A stretch of DNA of 64,000 bases. Source: Trichosphaerium sp. ATCC 40318 (taxonomy: Eukaryota > Protista > Tubulinea). Every line of letters starts with the position of its first letter. Positions within the stretch are counted from its first letter, which is position 1. This document shows positions 24,330 to 35,045 of this stretch, one piece after another. The notes below the pieces were generated by a model. The model saw nothing but the letters and a program-made list of their open reading frames with translations. It was not told where the DNA came from and ran no database searches. The DNA lies in the NCBI GenBank assembly GCA_038496445.1, contig JALMLS010000048.1, positions 38,769-102,768 of the forward strand. Direction: 5' to 3'. Position numbers and translations under genes: made by a program.

Positions 24330-25718
24330 TCACTTTTTAATAAAGCAGTTTACTATCTTAGACTCCGCAGATATTTTACCATTTTCTTCCCAACACTTGT
24401 AATCTCCTTCACGCTTATCATCAACATAAAAACACTGAACCCACAATAAACCATTAGGATGCCATCTCTTATACTCACCTTCCTTTTTATCTTGGCTATA
24501 TTTACACTCCATATACAATATACCATTCGGATACCAAGACTTGCAGGTTCCATCACGTTTACCTTTAACATAGCCACACTCTTCTCGAACTTGACCATTT
24601 TCTCTCCAATTCTTACAGTCTCCTTCTTTCTTGCCATCAACGTAGTTACACTGCTCCTTAATTGTACCGTTTTCACGCCAACTACTGCACTTCCCTTCAC
24701 GTTTACCTTGAGTGTAGTCGCACTGCTCTTTCAACTGACCGTTAGGATACCAACACTTTTCTTCGCCTTGTTTGATACCATCAAGATAGTGACATTGCTC
24801 TTGTAACTGACCATTAGGAAACCAACATTTGTATTCTCCATCCATGATACCTTTTTTGTAGATATATTTCTCTTTTGGTTTGCTGGATACATACCAAGAT
24901 TGATATTCTCCGTTTTGGCGTCCAAAAACATAGTCACAGCACTCTTTTAAACTACCATTTTCAAACAAACTCTTATGTTCTCCATTGAGCACACCATTAG
25001 TATAATGAGAATGAATACTGAGTTGACCAGTTTGGTACCAATGCTTGTACTCTCCTTCTTTTTTATCATTGACACTGTTATATTGCTCCTTTAATTGACC
25101 ACAATAATACCAACACTTGCATTCTCCGTTTAGTTTACCATTAACATAGAAAAACTTCTTAACTAATTGACCACTACAGTCCCAATACTTGTACTCTCCT
25201 TCATATTTAGAATCAACGAAATGACAGCGAGTTTTTAGTTTCCCATTGAAATCCCACCACAATGTATATTCTCCTTCTTTACACTTTATACCATCCACAA
25301 AGGTACCTTCCTCTAAAGGAAGGCCTGAATAGGACTGCCAATACTTATAATACCCATGTCGTAGACTATTTTTGTAATTTTCAAGTAGGACTAATTTCCC
25401 TTCCTGGTTCCATTCCTTTGTCTCTCCATAACGTAAGCCATGTGACCAGAAGTCTTGGCACGCTATTATTTTTGTTGTATCAGTACCAGCATGTGAGCTA
25501 CTATGTCGTTTAACCCATTTTCCATGTTTTCTAAGCTCGCCATCAAATCTTGTTGTAATAGCTGTTTCTTTTGATAGTAAAGGCCACAGTATGTACATTT
25601 CAAAGTCTAGCTCTATAATGTCATGGTGTAGCTCCAATGGAAGGCGGAATAGGTGGCACGTATTAATTTGTTTATCACTCGTTTCTACAGAGCAAAGTAA
25701 GCGTTTTTCAGAAGTCAT
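24330..25718 (-). CDS. MORN2/YwqK-like repeat protein with an F-box-like N-terminus (intronless)
   Basis: About 14 repeats of ~24 aa of type GEYKxWYxNGQLKEQCxYxxGKK; N-terminal LFRLPLELHHDII resembles the start of an F-box. Confidence 0.85.
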   Translation of the reverse strand: MTSEKRLLCSVETSDKQINTCHLFRLPLELHHDIIELDFEMYILWPLLSKETAITTRFDGELRKHGKWVKRHSSSHAGTDTTKIIACQDFWSHGLRYGETKEWNQEGKLVLLENYKNSLRHGYYKYWQSYSGLPLEEGTFVDGIKCKEGEYTLWWDFNGKLKTRCHFVDSKYEGEYKYWDCSGQLVKKFFYVNGKLNGECKCWYYCGQLKEQYNSVNDKKEGEYKHWYQTGQLSIHSHYTNGVLNGEHKSLFENGSLKECCDYVFGRQNGEYQSWYVSSKPKEKYIYKKGIMDGEYKCWFPNGQLQEQCHYLDGIKQGEEKCWYPNGQLKEQCDYTQGKREGKCSSWRENGTIKEQCNYVDGKKEGDCKNWRENGQVREECGYVKGKRDGTCKSWYPNGILYMECKYSQDKKEGEYKRWHPNGLLWVQCFYVDDKREGDYKCWEENGKISAESKIVNCFIKK

Positions 25719-25920
25719 AAGAGGAGTGGTTTGATGTAAAATTGTTAGAAGATCTCGTTTTTTTTTGAAAAGTTGCTGAAAAATCGCAAATTTTTTGATG
25801 TAAAACGGTTAACCGAATAGCAAACTCACTTTTAGTTATCCGACTAAATACCTTTATAGCCTTTTTTTTGGTAGAACGCCGTAACAAGTCAAATATAGTC
25901 CAATAAGAGGGACTAACCAA

Positions 25921-27645
25921 ATGTGGCGCGTGGGCGTACTAGCTATACACAGGCAACCTCAGGTATGACATAACTTGTATTTACTGTTGTTAAACAGTGG
26001 TATTGTAGAATCGATTAAAACGCGTCAAAACAAGGTAAATTGGTATTAAGATGGCCACTTATAAGTGTTAGCGCAGCCCACGATCGTTATGCGTCAACTA
26101 ATACCAAACGACCTCCTGAGTTCCCAAAACCTCTCCCAAAAACCGACTTCGCATCGCCACTGTTGCGAACGTGCGTATATGCGTTCATTTGTCACAATGC
26201 TAAAAAGTTCAGCAACGAAACAAAAATAACGACTTGGAACGTTGCTTCATGGGCTTCAGTTAAAACAAAAGGTTTCAAAGAGTACATAGCAGCTGAGAAA
26301 TCGGATATTATTTGCCTTCAGGTGCCAAAACCTTCAAAAAAATTCATGTTAACCTGTTATTGTAAGGAGACAAAAATAAGTGATACAACGCTCTCACATG
26401 AAAATTACTTGACAGATCTTGGTATACCATTTTGCTTGAGTTGTTGGCATCTTAGTTAAAGATTTTAGGGTACACTGGACACTTTTATAATCCATCAATT
26501 AAGACCGGTTACTCTGGTACTGCGTATGAAATGACGGAATTTTTTTGACATGTGACGTCTTATTTTTAGTGTTTTTTATAAACAAGCTCCGTTATCTATA
26601 AAAGAAGGGTTACTTGACAAGCATGAACATAACCAAGAGGTTAGTGGAAGCGAAATAGCATTTTGGTCTAAAAGTAGAAAAAAACAAGAATCTGATATAT
26701 TGTTGTTAGGGTAGAGTCATAACTCTTGAATACGCAAAATTTTATCTAGTAACTTGTTACATACCCAATGCTGGACAGCGTGCAAAAGAAGGCGAAAACA
26801 AAGGCATACCAAAAAGGTACTAAAGACTACTTAACCGGACAGCAATCACCTTTACAAAACAGCCAATATATGGATACTCTTCAATGTTAACTACGCTAAT
26901 AACTATAAATAGATTGGATTACAGACTAGAATGGGATACAGCATTTCATGAAGCAATGGTAGAACTTGACTCTAAAAAACCCATTGTTATCTGTGGTGAC
27001 TTCAACGTGAGCTGAGTAGTTTAAAAAACACACATCCTAACAACCACAATTTTTGTACAGGTGGCACATAACGATATAGATCTTGCCAATCCAAAAACAA
27101 ACGTGAGACTAGACCTTATTTTGTGAAATTGTATCTACTGTTGGCTTATGTTTCTTCTCCTACTGTAGAAAAAAACTGCTGGATTTACGCCCATAGAACG
27201 TGAGAATTTCTCTAAATTTTTATCGCTTGGATTCTCAGATGCATACAGGTTTGAAATAGGTTTCATCACGTTTTTTAAAAACCATGTACTTTAGGACATT
27301 GTATCCTGACGAAATAGATTGCTACACATACTGGAAATATAGATTTAACGCTCGCCCGAGAAATGTTGGATGGCGTCTTGATTATTTTCTAGGTAATCAT
27401 ACTCTGCAACAAAACATTTGTTGTATGGCTTCATTTGCTTAGAAAATAATGCTTTGATTCTCGTCTTTTGTACTAACTTTTTTTATGTCAGTATCGAATA
27501 AGATCATGAAAAAAGTGAAAGAAGTCTACCGTAGGCCTTATGTATTAGGATCAGAGTACATAAAACTTTTACCAAAACTCAAGTACCGACTTACCTTTAT
27601 TTTAGCCACTGTCCTGTTTGCATGCACCTTAATATAAAATTGTAA
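25921..27645 (+). CDS. Exodeoxyribonuclease III / APE1-type AP endonuclease (multi-exon)
   Basis: KITTWNV, DIICLQETK, GYSGTA, EGRVITLEY, CYIPNAG, ICGDFNVAH, KKTAGFTPIER, YTYW, GWRLDYFL, GSDHCPV. The start codon is approximate. Confidence 0.92.
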
Positions 27646-27843
27646 AGTAAAGATTTGTGACGCAATAAAAATAAGAAAAAAATACTCAATAACTTGGTTA
27701 TCGGTGTAAGTGAGCGTTGACCTTTAGGCTCAGAAAAACATTTTTTGGACTGTGAAAACGCAAAATGACGGTGTTCATTCAATCACACGTTATAATTTAT
27801 TGCTTTAATTAATTTCAATCTGGTACTTTAGTCTTGAAATGCG

Positions 27844-29104
27844 TCATGTGCTCGCTTTAGTACTACATCCAGCAGCCAGATTCTTAATTTGACGAAGGGA
27901 GTATTTTCTTTTTTTCGTCCTTAACTTGCTAAGACTCTGTGAAAGAAAATCAGTGTATATCTTCATCCCTACACTTTCACAAAGGAGAGCAAGGAAAACT
28001 GCATCTTGCTTATACTTTATTCTGCTAAAAAACACGCAGAATTTGTCTAGGGCATTAACAGTGCTTAATTTGTCATTTAATACCTTGTATGTATCAAATA
28101 TCACGTGATCATCACCTAAAATGGTATGAGTTATAGTCTTGGGTGATAGCACATATGTGTACAGTTTGCTATTGTTATTCGAGTGCATTTGCCACAAGCA
28201 TTGAAGGGATCGTGCCATTGCAGGTTGGCGAATATACAAGCAACGTCTGAAGCATAGGAAGCCGAATAATCATCAAGTAGGTACGTGTATGTGATATCAA
28301 GATCAATGTCACCCCACTTTAGTTGCAAAAAGAGTGAGTACCGCATGTACTGTATGAGATGAACAATGTACATACATCAGAATAAGAGAAACGTGCTGTA
28401 ACTGTTGATCGGTACCCGATTTTATTCACTTTCCCGTATTTGTCATCGAAAGTTTCCGCATTCTTCAACCTACCCTCGTTAACAACAAGGTTATAAATGA
28501 AATAACTACCCAATTGTCTTCAATGTGCAAGCATATAAATCATCAGCAGAGCACAACTTTTTGTCTACCAGCACTCGAAGAGACTCATTAAAACTGTTTT
28601 GTAAATTTCCAGTCCAAGCACAATTAATATTTGTAACATAACTAAGATCCCTTGGGTGACACCATTCATACTCATCAACGTAAGTAAATTCTACTTGAGG
28701 CTGTATCTTAGATGAAATCCACAAAGAGAGGACATCAAAACCTATAGCATTAAAGCTGTTTAAAGAGATGTGTTGTCGAACCTTTAGGAAGAGCCCACGT
28801 TCTTGTTGCTTCTGCACCTGCTTCAAAAACAACATAACATTCCTTAATGAGGCTTCTAGCAAGCTTACACGTCTCTGAAAAAGAAGCACGGCCATTCCAA
28901 GACAAGTGCTCTAACGCTATAGACCACACGCTTTGAGACAAACCTTTGAAGCTTAAAACCTGTAATAACATTAGTATTTGAGTACTATAGGTTTTAAACC
29001 ACCTGATGCATGTGTTCTTTGAGTATTAATTATGTTATGAAGTATGCATACTCTGAAACCAGTTTATTAATTTTATTTCGGTCAATAATTGTCTTCAAAT
29101 CCAT
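27844..29104 (-). CDS. Probable F-box-containing hypothetical protein (multi-exon)
   Basis: Several ORF fragments join through GT-AG introns; LSQSVWSIALEHLSWNGRASFSETCKLARSL fits the F-box pattern. Confidence 0.55.
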
Positions 29105-29375
29105 TGTCGACTCTTGTTATGTACTTTTTTGCACACCATGATACGCATTACAATTAAAATGAATCTCTTGATAGCCAATGATACCTTTTGGTCTTCATTC
29201 AACACTTACAACCAAGTACAAGCACTTGTTTAAACGAAAGTTGTTGACTATTAAAAAAAACTGAACTTTGCAACAATACTGCGCGTTTTCAATGAGCGCA
29301 ATGAATAGCGTGAGAGTAAGTACCAACGAGGCTAAAACCAATTCTACCAATTGTAGTGCAAGTAAACGGACCCAC

Positions 29376-29609
29376 GTTTTTTCCGAATTTTTCGAAAGAA
29401 AAAATTCGAAAAAATAGAATTCGATACAAAAACCGAATGCCTATACCCACCAATAGATCACTATATGTGAGCAAAGGTCGGGTTCTAGTTACTAGCACAG
29501 CGAGGACCCGACCGTAAGTGAAACAGGCGCTTTCTAGTTTAGTGGACTGCCCTAGCTATGCATCTTTCTACACTTTCAAATTTTTGTTTTCGGAAAATTC
29601 GGAAAAAAC
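29376..29609. repeat. Imperfect 36-bp inverted repeat pair enclosing an internal GC-rich hairpin (MITE-like)
   Basis: 29376-29411 GTTTTTTCCGAATTTTTCGAAAGAAAAAATTCGAAA versus the reverse complement of 29574-29609, GTTTTTTCCGAATTTTCCGAAAACAAAAATTTGAAA (4 mismatches). Inner stem GGTCGGGTTC (29476-85) / GGACCCGACC (29504-13). No clear TSD. Confidence 0.55.
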
Positions 29610-29693
29610 TATAGCCCCCAAGTAAAAGGTACTACAAGGCTAATTACATTGCCTTACCTCTTTACGCTCAAAAAGTCATTTAGTATTACCGAA

Positions 29694-30743
29694 ATGAGCA
29701 TATTGGACATTCCAGCTGAAGTTTTAGTACATATTCTTGGATTCACCACAAAAGCACGATTTGCCGTTTGTCAAACCTGCCTTTACTTCGCTTCTATAAT
29801 CCATGACATTATTGGGTATGATAGTGTGCTTATTCGAGATGTTAAAGGAGCAAAAACAATGCTACAACAGTCTGGATTGTTGAAAAACACAACAATCAAA
29901 ATAGCTTCTGAGTTTCCTATTGAGTTTGCACAATTGTTTGCTGGTGTTCATACTATTGTTCTTACAAACACGTCAGTCACAGATGAACATATTAAATCAC
30001 TTGCTGGTGTTCATACAATTGATCTATCACTTTGTCAGCAGATAACAGGTGAATGCTTCAAAGCGCTTTCTGGAGTTCATAATATTAACCTATGCAATAA
30101 TCGCAGAATTACAGATGAACACATTAAATACCTTGCTGGTGTTCATGAAATTAACCTTTCTTTCTGTTATAAAATAACAGATGAAGGCATTAAGGCACTT
30201 GCTGGCGTTCATACTATTATTCTTGTAAACACGTCAGTCACAGATGAAGGCATAAAAGCACTCTCAGGTGTCCATACAATAGACCTTGCCAGTTGCTATA
30301 ACATAACAAGTGAGGGTATCAAATCATTGGCAGGTGTTTATAACATTAACCTTTGCAGCACTAACATATCAGATAATGGTATCAAAGCGCTGTCAGGTGT
30401 TCATACTATTGTCCTTACTAGTACTAAGGTAACAGATGAAGGTATAAAAGCACTTGCTGGTGTTCATGAAATTGACCTTTCCTGTTGCGATAGTATAACA
30501 GATGAAGGCATCAAAGCACTTGCTGGAGTTCACGAAATTAACCTTTCTTGCTGTGATACTATAACAGATGAAGGCATCAAAGCACTTGCTGGAGTTCATA
30601 CAATTTACCTTCATTACACGAATATAACAGAAAAAGGCATCAGAGCGCTTATTGGTGTTCATACAATTACCTTCGACAGTGCTTCAGATGAGTGTATTAA
30701 AGAGCTTGGTGCTTACAATGTAATAGATTTTTCTAAAGTATAA
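29694..30743 (+). CDS. F-box and leucine-rich repeat protein (intronless)
   Basis: F-box ILDIPAEVLVHILGF...VCQTC; about 12 LRRs of 21-22 aa, GVHxIxLxxxx(x)ITDEGIKALA. Likely start is the ATG at 29694. Confidence 0.9.
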   Translation: MSILDIPAEVLVHILGFTTKARFAVCQTCLYFASIIHDIIGYDSVLIRDVKGAKTMLQQSGLLKNTTIKIASEFPIEFAQLFAGVHTIVLTNTSVTDEHIKSLAGVHTIDLSLCQQITGECFKALSGVHNINLCNNRRITDEHIKYLAGVHEINLSFCYKITDEGIKALAGVHTIILVNTSVTDEGIKALSGVHTIDLASCYNITSEGIKSLAGVYNINLCSTNISDNGIKALSGVHTIVLTSTKVTDEGIKALAGVHEIDLSCCDSITDEGIKALAGVHEINLSCCDTITDEGIKALAGVHTIYLHYTNITEKGIRALIGVHTITFDSASDECIKELGAYNVIDFSKV

Positions 30744-31032
30744 TGGTGACTGGAGTTTTTTGCAAAGCAACCAAGCTCATTTCTAAATTGCAACTAAAAA
30801 TGTATTCAATGTTGCTCTATAACAGCTTCTTTTACGTAATTCTGAAACAATCAAACATTTGGTATTTATTTCAAAGGAATACAAATATGATTTAATGTAT
30901 TCGAACTTGAGGACAATGATTTATTGAAATTTTGTAAATCAATTACTGGCACTTCAATGTATTCCCACTCACGGACTTTGTCTTTTTAAATTTATACAAA
31001 GGGAGTGAAGAACAGTTTATTTTTGATAGTAT

Positions 31033-33212
31033 CTAGTTTTTGAGTTTAAGCTTTAGCTTTGTTACTGCATTAGATGACCTGCTTATACGTGAAACAAGCT
31101 GTTTTGTCCCGGATACTGCTCTTATAATTAGACTCAGTTGTGTCTCACCAGCATTAATAGCAGCCTGAACTAATCCTGTAACATCAACATTCGTAATACC
31201 TGTTTTTTTGGAAAAGAAAGTAACCTTGTCTTCAACGGTAAGGCTTCCAAATGAAACGGAAGATTGTCCCCAATCTGTATTTGTACGTGATATACTATAT
31301 GTCGCTCCTTTTTTAGCATTTGAATTCATGTTTGTGAACCTTATGGAGAGAGTAGCGGAGTTTAGGTTTTGAGTTTTTCCAGCCAAGTTGTACTGTGTTT
31401 TGTGAATATTTTGAGAAAAAAAAACACAAGGCCAAAACAACGGACCTGAATGAGTGTATACATGTTTTGGTTTATCGAGCTTGATAGTATGATTTTAGGT
31501 TTGTTGCTCGAAATAGGAACATGAGTACCGCTTGAGGTACCATCTCGAACATTTGCGTGTTTGACTGGATTCAAAGTCTAAACGCAACAATTAGATAACA
31601 CTAATCAAAGTATGACAAATCATGATACATGGAGCTACTTGTTTTATACTTTCGTAACTGTTAGATTGTATGAATTTACAGGAAAAATAATTTTGTAGCT
31701 CAATGAGTTGTGAATTGAAGAAATAAGAAAAATACTGAAAAACACTGTAAAGTTTTTAGGTACGTACGAAAGACCTGAATGTTGGCGGATTATTTGTTGG
31801 GTACCAATCCCATTGATTAACTGTAAATTCGTTTCTTCGCCCTACAGTAAAAGAAAGAGGATCTTTAGGACCACGTGTTTGACTAGAGCTAGGATTTGAA
31901 AACTGACTGGAATCGCCTATATTTAGAAGCTTGTTGTTTCTAAATGTTGTTGCGTAACTCTCGGTATTACGCATCATGTCTCTTGGTATACCGTAGCATT
32001 CGAATATATTATTTGTTATAGATATCTTAGAAAAGTCGTTAGAACTTGGGAATCCGAACAAACCAGAAGTCCGAGGTGTAACTGTTTTGAACGCAATAAC
32101 ATGATTGTTTGTAAAGTTGAACTTATTAAAAGGTCCTCTGTTCCACATTATCCCTCTGCCTGGGTTTTTTATAAGGTTGTTATAGAAGTCTGTCCCACCA
32201 GCGGATGCAGCTGCGCCAAAGTTTGATATCAAGTTACCACCATCATCAGAAGTTTTAAAGTCAAACAGATTATGATGAACAAGAGCCAAGTTTCTTGCCC
32301 ATTCAAGCGAGTAAGACTTTAGCAACAAGTTATGATGTATATTAAACGAATAATCTCCAGCGAGAGAAGTAGGTCCTCCAGAATGTTTAGGAATCGATAC
32401 AACACCGAACAAGTAATTATGATCAATCTCAACGTTGTAATCGTTCTCGAAAGGATACTCAATTGAGAAACTTACAAGAACAGTATTGTGGTGTATCCTA
32501 CAGTCTTTACACTGTCTCCCTTTGAAACCAAACATTTTCTTCTCCGACGATGTCTTCGCAATATAGTTATTGTAATACTCCGTTCTCGTTGTCCAAGTAC
32601 TAAAGAGAGCGCCACCAGTTTGTCCAACTTTACCACCTGCATCAATGAATCGATTGTCATGAATGACAGCATCAGCCATTCTGAAAGTACGTAACCCGCT
32701 CCAGAGAACATTTCGGAATTCAATAAAACGTAGAGTAAAGAAAGTTGGCTTGTCAGCGTAGATAAGTCCATGTAATCTATTCATACCATCCAAAGTGAGC
32801 TTTTCAATCGTAACTCCCGCCTTAAGAAATGAATAAGACAAACAAGGCGCGTGTTCGATTGATTTTTACCAAAAAAAGTTGTACTCACCTTTCCGAAGCG
32901 TAAACTTATCAAGTACGCGTTTTGATTGACGGAACTTGGTGTTGTAGCTTTGTCAGGCAGTCCAGAGGTACCAGGATTCCATGAAGAAGCCGCTCTGATG
33001 ATTGTTGAAGCAGTACTCGCACCAACAAGTTTTTGTCCTTTTTTAACAATAAGTGTCTGTGTAAGCGTGTATGTCCCAGCAGCAATATTGATTGTAGTGT
33101 CTTCAGCCCCATTGGTCACTGCATTAACTAGTTGAGCGGTATTACTTACAGAAACACTAGAAGCTCCTTGTAGTAATACAGCAAACCCAAGAAAGTAAAG
33201 GAAAAGGTGCAT
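31033..33212 (-). CDS. Secreted right-handed parallel beta-helix (pectin-lyase-like fold) protein with a C-terminal DNRLRE/CBM96-like module
   Basis: Signal peptide MHLFLYFLGFAVLLQGASS; QLVNAV...TINIAAGTY beta-helix cap; repeated IHDN/IHHN/IDHN stacks; C-terminal KHANVRDG...YNL...NSATLSI...DVTGLVQ...LSLII. Three introns. Confidence 0.75.
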
Positions 33213-34494
33213 GATGTAACTAGCGCTTGATGTTTTGAAATCGTAACAACATCGAAATGTGTAACGAGTTGAATCACTTTCTAGCGGTGCTACTGATTTA
33301 CCCAGATAGGCGCTAAACTCTGAAGTTATCGTAACACGTGTGAGCTCGTACGCTAGTAAACGGAAATTCGCAAACTATTCAACAGAATTTTATTTCGGTT
33401 GAACATTAGTGTTAAACAGCAAATTGCAAAAACAAATAGCTGGGTTTTTTTTCTTCGATAATGACAAAAGGTGCTTTAAAGCGGTCAAAATAATTACCCC
33501 ACAGATCGACATGGTATGCTGTAAGCTGTATGTTGATAAGTACATACTTACAACACATATAAAGTCGGTTAACCACGTGATTGTTCGATTTGATGCAATA
33601 ATTTTGCGAGGCGCTACAGCGTTTTTTTCTCATTCAAGTTTTACTGATATTATCTAGATAGAAAGTTTCTAGCACTTTTAGCAAGAATTGACACGTCTGT
33701 CAAATGGTCTACTATCACAATGTGAACTATTTGCGTGACAACGCTCCTTCATATTATGACTTACGTACTTAGTTTTTAACAGAATTTCAATGTCAGTTTC
33801 AATAGACCATGGCAAGATGTTCGCAATTTTTTACCTACACTGTACCATCAAACCACAAAAGTCTGAGCTAAAAGCGAATTAAAAGTTGGTTGCCCACGTA
33901 GGTTTCGCACCAAATACGGTATGATGCCTCAAACACTGTTTTGCCGAGTGTTTTTGGTTCAACAAAATCAACGTACGTGTATAACTTACTAGCGCTACAC
34001 TAGCGCCTACCCCACGCTAACAAAAGCGCTCTCGTATCCTAGCGGGTGTTATAACGTGAAAACCTCCCCAAAACACTACCAACGTTGCCGTAGGCTTTAT
34101 AAACGCCGTCAGGTGTCAAATAAGTAAAATAAAAAGTTTTGGGTCCAGGTTAAATCACGTGTCTTGGAAACTGGATTTTTTTTACTGATAGTCAGTCTGT
34201 TTAAAACTTGAAAGAGACAGTAGTTGGTGTTTTCAGGTTTTCCTTGCTTTGTCAAATCTTGAAAGAAAGCTAGCATGGCTCTGAGAACAGTACGCTTTTC
34301 ACTACTTTTATTCACAAAACAGACTATGGTATTGTTTCACTCAACACAGAGGGCCTTCATCAAATAAGTTGCTTATGTTTGGTGACAATATAAAATCCAA
34401 GCTGATCATTGCCACTCCGAATCTTAAGTATTTTTGTGACAAAAACGTGGCTTTTAAAACTTCGCATTTCTTTCAAGCAAATCTGTAGTAACAA

Positions 34495-34800
34495 CCTTTG
34501 ATAATACACGCAGGCGTTATCGTGGAATTTCATAACGTAAACCGCGTTGTTGCAATTTCTTTGAAATCTTGGCTCTTTTTTGTCTTTTATCTGACTTTCG
34601 CTAAGGAAGGGATACTCACAGTTGAACAAGGGATATATTGTGAAGGAACAGAGTCTGATCCCGTGCTTTTAAAGGTATAACACGTGATACTACCCTTTGT
34701 AACCTTTACAAAAATCCAAAAGAAGCTGTTCTAACCTCAAAGAGATTTTGAATGCTGCAGGCACAGAATGCAACAGTCGCATCTGGCAGGACTTTACAAA
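34495..34800 (+). pseudogene. Possible degenerate exon fragments of a beta-helix-like secreted protein
   Basis: IHAGVIVEFHN|EGILTVEQGIYCEGTESDPVLLK lies between plausible GT/AG sites and resembles the LTIxxGVxVxF...LxVxGxLxxxGTxxxPI motif; no complete gene could be built. Confidence 0.3.
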
Positions 34801-35045
34801 GAACTAATCTTCATGGCGTAAATAATACTACTCGCACTCTTTTAGTATCTACAAAAAGAAGTGTTATTCAGGCCAATAAGTAAGAGTGAGTATTACTGCT
34901 TGATTGAATAGGTTCAGTGAAGGTGTAGTGTCAAAGTCATAAACAGCCTAGAGTTACCTGCAAACACAGTCAGTACATCTTGTAGAGCAAATTATTAATT
35001 TTGGGTTAAGTTAGCAAAATTAGCTTAGTTTGTTAGTGCGCACGT

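Noticed and set aside
24330-30743. CRISPR-like arrays in the periodic DNA at 24.4-25.3 kb and 29.9-30.7 kb
   Set aside because: The periodicity comes from protein-coding MORN2 and LRR repeats with codon-level variation; no cas genes are present.
7380-30743. A contiguous endogenous giant-virus insertion
   Set aside because: No viral hallmark genes (major capsid protein, PolB, A32 ATPase) are present, and the virus-like genes are interspersed singly among intron-rich host genes.
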